Source: Octopus bimaculoides
Taxonomy: Eukaryota
NCBI RefSeq assembly: GCF_001194135.2
Contig: NC_068990.1
Location: 39,162,132-39,194,165, forward strand
Direction: 5' to 3'
DNA length: 32,034 nucleotides
Made by a program: the position numbers and the translations under genes. The notes below the pieces were generated by a model. That model was given only the letters and a program-made list of their open reading frames with translations. It was not told the origin of the DNA and did not search any database. Below are positions 23,865 to 32,034 of this stretch, in pieces (position 1 is the first letter of the stretch; every line of letters begins with the position of its first letter).

Positions 23865-24180
23865 GGTTCCTACAACTCTGTTGGTTACAACGAGAGTTCC
23901 AGTTGACCCGATCAACGGAAAAAACATGCTCATGAAATTAACGTGCGAGTGGCTGAGCACCCCATAAACACGTGTGCCCTTAACGTAATTCTCACGGTGA
24001 TTCAGTGTGACAAGGCTGGTCCTTTGAAATACAGGTAATGCTCATTTTTGACAGGCGAGTAGATTAGGGCAATGTGAAATAGAGTATCTTGTTCAAGTAT
24101 ACAACGCGTCGCCGGGTATTGAACGCACTACCTTACAATCTTGAGCCGAATAGCCTAAACACTGAGCCACGCCCCTTCAC
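23865..24180 (-). mobile_element. tRNA-derived SINE (second family), with a conserved central domain
   Basis: The minus strand begins GTGAAGGGGCGTGGCTCAGTGTTTAGG (A box), followed by GTAGTGCGTTCAATACCCGG (B-box-like). The central ...TTGAACAAGATACTCTATTTCACATTGCCC... segment resembles CORE/Meta-type SINE domains. The body matches a recalled abundant octopus SINE. Confidence 0.8.
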
Positions 24181-24569
24181 GTATGTATTTATGCATGCAT
24201 ATTTGCCATCTAACCAAAATATCCCTTTAATTTATGCAGTAAAATATAAAGTATTTCTAACACAAGTACAACCCCTTTAAATTTTGTAGGAGTTTAATCG
24301 ATAAAATCGAAGCCTGTACTTCACTGGTACTTTACTTTATCGATCGCGAAAGGATGAAAAGCAAAATTGACCTAAGCACATCATAATAATAGAAACAAAA
24401 ATATGAAGACAAACACAAAAAAAAAATCAAGAAATAAGTTAAATTTCCCAGGCTGTTTAAAAGAAAAAAAAATAATGCATAACCAGAAACACACAAAAAC
24501 ATGGCATGAGTAAAATAACAAAATATATAAAAGACTGTAGACAAATTCATCAGTGGAAAAATGGAAAAA

Positions 24570-24704
24570 CTACTACTACTACTACTACTACTAATACCAC
24601 CAGCACCACCACTACCACCACCACCACAACTATTACTAGCAACACCACCATCAACACCACAACCACCACCACTAACAACAACAACAACCACAGTAATGAT
24701 GATG

Positions 24705-24770
<66 letters not shown>

Positions 24771-24815
24771 GTAATAATAATAATAAAAGGAAGAGCAATA
24801 ACAGTAACAACAAAA
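24570..24815. repeat. Compound triplet array (CTA)-(CAC)-(CAA)-(TGA)-(TAA)
   Basis: Direct reading. It produces the poly-T/N, poly-L/V and poly-I ORFs. Similar arrays lie at 25375-25560, 27300-27350 and 30791-30870. Confidence 0.95.
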
Positions 24816-24923
24816 ATAGTCATCCGTATATTTTATGTCGTTTCTTCATAAAAGAACGAACAGCATAAATCGATACAGAATCAACTGAGGATGTAACACA
24901 GTATAAATACATACATACATACA

Positions 24924-24969
<46 letters not shown>

Positions 24970-27484
24970 CTTATATATGTATATATATATATGCATATAT
25001 ACATTCATATATATATACATATATATATGTGTGTGTGTGTGTGTATTTATATAATAACGAAAAACAGAGAGAAACACGCGCACACACTCACGCATACACA
25101 CACACGCGTGTAAGGATATGAAGGGGAAAAATAAGCGCTGTGCAATATCAAAAATACAAAATATACAAATACACAAGATTTTTGAAATATAAGCATAAAC
25201 GTATAAAGCCAAGAGTTACTTGTTTTTGTTTCTGTTGGATTTTTTTTTTCTTTTGCGTGTGTGTCGGTTGACTTTGTGGCGACACCTTGAGGCTGAAAAA
25301 AAAAATTAAATTGATTTCAAATTATCTCAGTTCAAAAGAGCAATGAAATAAAATTTTCTGCTCGGAAAATACCGCTATTACAATAATAATAGCAGCAATA
25401 ACAACAACAACAACAACAACGATATTAGTACGAGCAACAACAAATGAAAGATCAACAACAATAAGCATAAAATCGGCAACAACCCCACCAAGAACAACAA
25501 TAAAAATAACAACTAAAATGGAGCAACACAAGACGTAAAAAATTATATACACCGCCAACAAAATATTCGATTAAAAAAGCGGGTGGATGGGAGAACAATC
25601 AAACGAAAAAAAAAAGAGGGAAAACTAAAAACTATAGCAAAAAAAATTATCAAAAAATACAAAACAAATATTCAATAATTTTTTTCCTAGAAGCCATCAA
25701 GAAAGTTGTAGTGTGTGGCAAGAATATTCCGAAACATTTGTTACATCAGCTGACAGTGTAACCAGGTCAGCTGACATTTTTCAAGGGTAACTGCCGGTTA
25801 TCCTGGCTAGCAAGCGGAATTTCTTTGATGCACTTGGTTACATCTCTCTAGCTGCTTTTCAATTTAATGATCAGAAGAGGTCGATATATTGGCCATTTTG
25901 ATGCCGTGTCCCTCTCACTTTACAATTTTTTTAATAATATTTTGTGATTTTTTTTCTGAAGTTTGTTTTGTCTTTTGTATTTATTTAATGATGTCCTACG
26001 TTTGGTTATTGTTGTTGTTCAGCGTAGCAGCTTTGATGACTTTGACTACTCAATTTCATCCATGTAAATGTGTATGTGAGAGTTTACGCACACATATATG
26101 AGTCCGCTATGCGTGCATAGACGTGTATATATNNNNNNNNNNNNNNNNNNNNNNNNNNNNNNNNNNNNNNNNNNNNNNNNNNNNNNNNNNNNNNNNNNNN
26201 NNNNNNNNNNNNNNNNNNNNNNNNNNNNNNNNNNNNNNNNNNNNNNNNNNNNNNNNNNNNNNNNNNNNNNNNNNNNNNNNNNNNNNNNNNNNNNNNNNNN
26301 NNNNNNNNNNNNNNNNNNNNNNNNNNNNNNNNNNNNNNNNNNNNNNNNNNNNNNNNNNNNNNNNNNNNNNNNNNNNNNNNNNNNNNNNNNNNNNNNNNNN
26401 NNNNNNNNNNNNNNNNNNNNNNNNNNNNNNNNNNNNNNNNNNNNNNNNNNNNNNNNNNNNNNNNNNNNNNNNNNNNNNNNNNNNNNNNNNNNNNNNNNNN
26501 NNNNNNNNNNNNNNNNNNNNNNNNNNNNNNNNNNNNNNNNNNNNNNNNNNNNNNNNNNNNNNNNNNNNNNNNNNNNNNNNNNNNNNNNNNNNNNNNNNNN
26601 NNNNNNNNNNNNNNNNNNNNNNNNNNNNNNNNNNNNNNNNNNNNNNNNNNNNNNNNNNNNNNNNNNNNNNNNNNNNNNNNNNNNNNNNNNNNNNNNNNNN
26701 NNNNNNNNNNNNNNNNNNNNNNNNNNNNNNNNNNNNNNNNNNNNNNNNNNNNNNNNNNNNNNNNNNNNNNNNNNNNNNNNNNNNNNNNNNNNNNNNNNNN
26801 NNNNNNNNNNNNNNNNNNNNNNNNNNNNNNNNNNNNNNNNNNNNNNNNNNNNNNNNNNNNNNNNNNNNNNNNNNNNNNNNNNNNNNNNNNNNNNNNNNNN
26901 NNNNNNNNNNNNNNNNNNNNNNNNNNNNNNNNNNNNNNNNNNNNNNNNNNNNNNNNNNNNNNNNNNNNNNNNNNNNNNNNNNNNNNNNNNNNNNNNNNNN
27001 NNNNNNNNNNNNNNNNNNNNNNNNNNNNNNNNNNNNNNNNNNNNNNNNNNNNNNNNNNNNNNNNNNNNNNNNNNNNNNNNNNNNNNNNNNNNNNNNNNNN
27101 NNATATATATATATATATATATAAACACGAATTCATATGCAAGTGTGCATGCGTTCATCTGCAAGTGCGCATCAATGTCGTTGCAAACCAGATCTGAAGA
27201 ACAAAAAACTGAATATGCCGTCTATAGGATAAACACTCGATAAATAATAGGACTGCTTAAACAGATTTAGTATTATCTAAAACAACAGATACGAATACAT
27301 TAGACAACAACAATAACAGTAACACCAACAATAACGTTAATAACAACTACAAAAACACAATTCACATGTAATAAAATCTATAAAGGAACGGAATGTAACA
27401 TAAACAGAATATTTCATGTTGATTCATGGCGGTCATACCGTGAGTGAGTACACTTTATCCGTCCATTGTTTTGTTATTATCAGT

Positions 27485-27625
27485 AGCTTAGCAGAACGGC
27501 AGAACACCGGATGAAGTTCTCTTTTTGGTGTTTTGTAGCTCTTCTTTAGGTTCTGCGTTCAAATATCGCTTAACTTTTCACTTAAGTAAACTTCATTTTT
27601 CACCCTCGCTGGAGACAGTAAGATA
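27485..27625 (+). mobile_element. Diverged, partial copy of the 7493-7707 SINE family
   Basis: Internal alignment: agcttagcagaacggcagaacaccggatgaag vs agctggcagaaacgtaagcacaccgggcgaaa, and ggtgttttg..ctttaggttctgcgttcaaat vs ggtatttcg..ctttacgttctgaattcaaat. Confidence 0.65.
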
Positions 27626-27708
27626 CAAACATACATATATAAGCACTTATGTCTGCAGGGTTAAGGGCTTGTTAGCCGTTTGGGGAAGACGTTTACCTTC
27701 CCAAAACA

Positions 27709-28470
27709 TGCAAGGTACATTCCAGACGTTTTCAGACTTTTTAAGAATAGTCCTTTACAAATTTCAAAGAAGTACAAAACTCAACTCTCCTTTAAAGTAC
27801 AACCTTCTGGCTTCAATGCTTTTGTTGTAGCGCTCCAGCCACTCCGTGAATGTCCCATGGAATTCACTCAGATTGAAGATATCCAGGACTTTTAGCAAAG
27901 CTTTCTTCTAACCAGGTTTGGCACAGCTTTCTTCATATATTGAAAACTTAGGTTCTCCATCAGCTTGGGGAAGAACCAAAAGTCTCATGAAGAAAGAACT
28001 TGACTGTAGGGAGGATGGGGGGAAATGTTGATGCCCGTCTATGGCAAGTACTTGGTTTCCATGGCGGTCGTCACTGAGTGGCCTGGGAACAAACGCTGCA
28101 CTAATTTTGTGCATGTTCAGATCTTCGTGAATAATTATCTGCAGTTGCGGCACCAACTTCAAATTCTGTGAATATTTTCTTTATAGACATACGATGGCTT
28201 TCATCCAGCTCTCATGCTCTGGCGTCCCACACCCTCTCACTCGTCTCATCGTCTCTCACCTCCTCTCTACCATCCTTGAAATTTATTTTGCTAGCGAAAA
28301 AGTTCATACATAGGCATGTAGTGTTTAGTATGGTGTGTTTAGAGTTCTGTAACAACCGTCTCCTTCAATGTAGAATAACAAAAATTGGCATGTCATTTTG
28401 TTAGAGGAATAGTAAGGATATAGTAAAATTACAAAAGTTTAAGACCAAACCTTCTGGAATGCACCTCGAA
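27709..28470 (-). mobile_element. Internally deleted, decayed mariner (DD34D-type) transposon, about 760 bp, with terminal inverted repeats
   Basis: The TIRs TGCAAGGTACATTCCAGA (27709-27726) and TCTGGAATGCACCTCGAA (28453-28470) match at 15/18 as an inverted pair. Minus-strand remnants: FKDGREEVRDDE..RMSIKKI..; IIHEDLNMHKISAAFVPRPL (WVPR-like motif); PHPPYSQVLSS*DFWFFPKLMENL (YSPDL-like motif); KVLDIFNLSEFHGTFTEWLERYNKSIEARRLYFKGE (C-terminus). Confidence 0.88.
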
Positions 28471-28745
28471 ACCATCCATTGCACAACCGCTTGACCGTCT
28501 TCTACTGTAAACGTGCTGACTGTCAATGAATTTGGTTGATGGCAACTGAGCAGAGGCCCAATATTTGTACAGATATAAGTATTTCTGTGTTTGTCTGTCA
28601 TCGCCTGACAACAGGAGAAAGCTGGTTTACGTCCCTGGTACAAAGCAGATCGGCAACGAAGAGACTAAAATTATATACTGGGACGAACTTAATTGAATGA
28701 ATGTTTTCAAAGCGTTTACCCCGCTAATAGCTGAAAGAGGCGAAC
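28471..28745 (+). mobile_element. Diverged SINE body (third family); its 5' head may lie at about 27655-27708, on the other side of the mariner
   Basis: Segments gtcttctactg, atttggttgatggcaactga, gcctgacaac..ctggtttacgtccc and gatcggcaacgaagagac resemble a recalled abundant octopus SINE consensus. There is no internal second copy to confirm this. Confidence 0.5.
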
Positions 28746-30138
28746 GAAATTAATAAAGAGTGCACACACACACACACACGCACGCACGCACACACACACA
28801 CACGCACACACACACACACGCACACACACACACTCACACACACACACACACAGACACACACACACATATATAGATATCTATATATATATACCATTTCAAT
28901 ACAATGGCCCTTCTCTCTCTCTTTTACCACATCCATCTCTCTATCTGTCTGACTATCAGTCTATCTATCTCTCTATCTCTCTATCTGCCTATCTATCTAA
29001 CTATCTGCTTATACATCTTCCATTGTCTCCAAAGTCTCACCCGAAAAAACAAAAAAAAACAAAACAATGTTCTGTTATAAAGAAAACCCCCCAAAACACC
29101 TGTTTTTATATAAATAAGCTAGATCTCTGTATTTTCACAGTTATATTTGACAAGTTCGAACGACGAACGAAAGCGCTAATATATGTATAAAATAAATGAA
29201 AGAAGTTATTCCAAAATTCTGACGAATTTTNNNNNNNNNNNNNNNNNNNNNNNNNNNNNNNNNNNNNNNNNNNNNNNNNNNNNNNNNNNNNNNNNNNNNN
29301 NNNNNNNNNNNNNNNNNNNNNNNNNNNNNNNNNNNNNNNNNNNNNNNNNNNNNNNNNNNNNNNNNNNNNNNNNNNNNNNNNNNNNNNNNNNNNNNNNNNN
29401 NNNNNNNNNNNNNNNNNNNNNNNNNNNNNNNNNNNNNNNNNNNNNNNNNNNNNNNNNNNNNNNNNNNNNNNNNNNNNNNNNNNNNNNNNNNNNNNNNNNN
29501 NNNNNNNNNNNNNNNNNNNNNNNNNNNNNNNNNNNNNNNNNNNNNNNNNNNNNNNNNNNNNNNNNNNNNNNNNNNNNNNNNNNNNNNNNNNNNNNNNNNN
29601 NNNNNNNNNNNNNNNNNNNNNNNNNNNNNNNNNNNNNNNNNNNNNNNNNNNNNNNNNNNNNNNNNNNNNNNNNNNNNNNNNNNNNNNNNNNNNNNNNNNN
29701 NNNNNNNNNNNNNNNNNNNNNNNNNNNNNNNNNNNNNNNNNNNNNNNNNNNNNNNNNNNNNNNNNNNNNNNNNNNNNNNNNNNNNNNNNNNNNNNNNNNN
29801 NNNNNNNNNNNNNNNNNNNNNNNNNNNNNNNNNNNNNNNNNNNNNNNNNNNNNNNNNNNNNNNNNNNNNNNNNNNNNNNNNNNNNNNNNNNNNNNNNNNN
29901 NNNNNNNNNNNNNNNNNNNNNNNNNNNNNNNNNNNNNNNNNNNNNNNNNNNNNNNNNNNNNNNNNNNNNNNNNNNNNNNNNNNNNNNNNNNNNNNNNNNN
30001 NNNNNNNNNNNNNNNNNNNNNNNNNNNNNNNNNNNNNNNNNNNNNNNNNNNNNNNNNNNNNNNNNNNNNNNNNNNNNNNNNNNNNNNNNNNNNNNNNNNN
30101 NNNNNNNNNNNNNNNNNNNNNNNNNNNNNNNNNNNNNN

Positions 30139-30190
<52 letters not shown>

Positions 30191-30793
30191 TCTCCTACTG
30201 TTTAACCCCAGATTAGCTGAAATTCTGCTGACCTCTGAACCAGAGCTTGCCAACATTAATCATCCCGTCTTTTTGTTAGCAAATAGGATTGAATTATCCT
30301 TAAGTGCCCTGTCAACATTGAAGACAGAAGTTTGTAGTTGCTGATGGAGTCACTGTTATTTCTATCAGCCCGTTTGAATTCATAGGTACAAAAATTCGGT
30401 TCTTTTAGGGATGAGTTCAAAATATACAAAAGAAACACAACGACAAAATAATATAAGGCATCTATTTTATCTAAGGGTTATAACGTTTTGGTTTGGTTTA
30501 CTTTTTAACATATTATGACTTAGAAACATATTCAGAATCTGAAACTGAGCATCAGTTATTCCCTCTCCTTGTTTTGTAACATACCACCAAAGCCATCCAG
30601 CCCGGACCATTTGCTTCTCTTTAACTAGCATCAAAACAACAACGATCTCAGATGAAGGAAATAAATATGACGTCAATGAGATGCTGGTTCCGTCTGAAAT
30701 ATGTAATTGTTTACTTCCGTGCCGCTGATGATTTCAAGCAGAGATGATTGGTGACATAATTATAAAAGACAAAAAATACTAAAATGCCTCAAT

Positions 30794-30837
<44 letters not shown>

Positions 30838-30840
30838 CCT

Positions 30841-30871
<31 letters not shown>

Positions 30872-31035
30872 AGCAACAATTACATCTACAAAACAAAAAT
30901 TTCAACTGCAATGCTTAAAACTACAAATAACAATTTTAAAAGGATTCTGTCAAAAGTATGTTGTACAACTGGAGATATGGTTTGTCAAAGTTATAACTTT
31001 TAAGTCATCCTGTATCTCCCTCTCACTTCTTCTCT

Positions 31036-31081
<46 letters not shown>

Positions 31082-31316
31082 CACTCTCTCACTCACTCAC
31101 ACACGCACGCACACGCTCCCTCCACACACACACTCACATGGCGGGAAAGAGAAAAACACACGCACAAGCTAACACTGAGATCGACGCATAAAACAAAAAT
31201 ATGCAGATATGCACACACATACACAGACATATAAAATGGTTCATATACATTAATGTATGTGTAAGTAAACGTTTCCGCATATCAGCTCAGACACACAGAC
31301 ATACATACATGAATAT

Positions 31317-31358
<42 letters not shown>

Positions 31359-31806
31359 CATATATATATATGATTATATATATTATATGTGTGTAGATGG
31401 TTGGATATGTATATATATAGGTAGGTAGGTGGGTGGGTATGTAGTGTAGGCAGTTTTGCAAGTAAGCATATATGTATTTAGATAAGTACACAGAAACACA
31501 TATATACGTATGTTCCTAGTTTCCTAGTCTGTTCAGCAGCTACTACAACAACGCTATTGATGAATGATGGATCTGTAATTTCACACATCATCTACCAATG
31601 GCGGAATGTTTTTCAATGGTCGTCTTCATACGGCCATGATTTTGAAGCAAAATCAATAGGCTAAGGCGAACATCGATAAAGTGGTCAATGACGGTCAATT
31701 GTTTGTTCTGAAGTGACAATCATTTTCTCCTCACCTCTTACACGCTCATATAGGCATATACACGTACAAGTGTATATCCGATCTGTGTGCAGGTATGTGT
31801 GTATGT

Positions 31807-31875
31807 GCGTGTGAGTGTGTGTGCGTGTGAGTGTGTGTGCGTGTGAGTGTGTGTGCGTGTGAGTGTGTGTGCGTG
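31807..31875 (+). repeat. 16-bp tandem repeat GCGTGTGAGTGTGTGT x about 4.3
   Basis: Four perfect units at 31807-31870 plus a partial fifth. Confidence 0.95.
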
Positions 31876-32034
31876 GCAGAGAGAGAGAGAGAGTATGTGT
31901 TTGTATGTGTGATTGTCTTTAACTGCAGGTTCTGAGCCTGTGTGGATAGTCGTGCGTGTGTATGTGTAAGTGTGTAAACACACATATATATAAACATATA
32001 CCATATACGTATATATACGCATATTTGTATATAT

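Noticed and set aside
30622-30695. Possible plus-strand micro-exon (ctctttaactag|CATC...ATAT|gtaatt; IKTTTISDEGNKYDVNEMLVPSEI)
   Set aside because: The splice signals are average, there is no homology, and no compatible neighbouring exons were found.
31262-31292. Minus-strand CTGAGCTGATATGCGGAAACGTTT, hammerhead-like
   Set aside because: No stem II can form between a CUGANGA box and GAAA.
1735-32022. Dozens of ORFs rich in IY/HT/CV/YM or poly-L/T/N/I/D, and long ORFs containing X runs
   Set aside because: These are translations of dinucleotide or trinucleotide microsatellites, or read-through of N-gaps. None carries coding evidence.
1-32034. CRISPR array, rRNA, genuine tRNA genes or prokaryotic operons
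   Set aside because: No regularly spaced repeats with unique spacers and no rRNA-like sequence were seen. The tRNA-like heads belong to SINEs, and the DNA is clearly eukaryotic repeat-rich sequence.

Overview
This is AT-rich, microsatellite-saturated eukaryotic DNA from a draft animal assembly, with 7 N-gaps totalling about 5.0 kb. The SINE families and repeat landscape point to Octopus; this is an inference from remembered repeat consensus sequences, not a database result. No host gene can be supported, and almost all ORFs in the track are read-throughs of microsatellites or N-gaps. The interpretable content is transposon debris: the 3' end of a CR1-group LINE, the restriction-like endonuclease (RLE) domain of an R4/Dong-type retrotransposon, a nearly full-length decayed maT (DD37D-like) transposase, an internally deleted mariner that appears nested in a SINE, and several tRNA-derived SINEs. 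The most unusual items are a degenerate minimal type I hammerhead-ribozyme motif of the Penelope-associated kind (19091-19126, minus strand) and a concentric imperfect palindrome of about 136 bp (25695-25830). I found no convincing evidence of a new multi-gene system.
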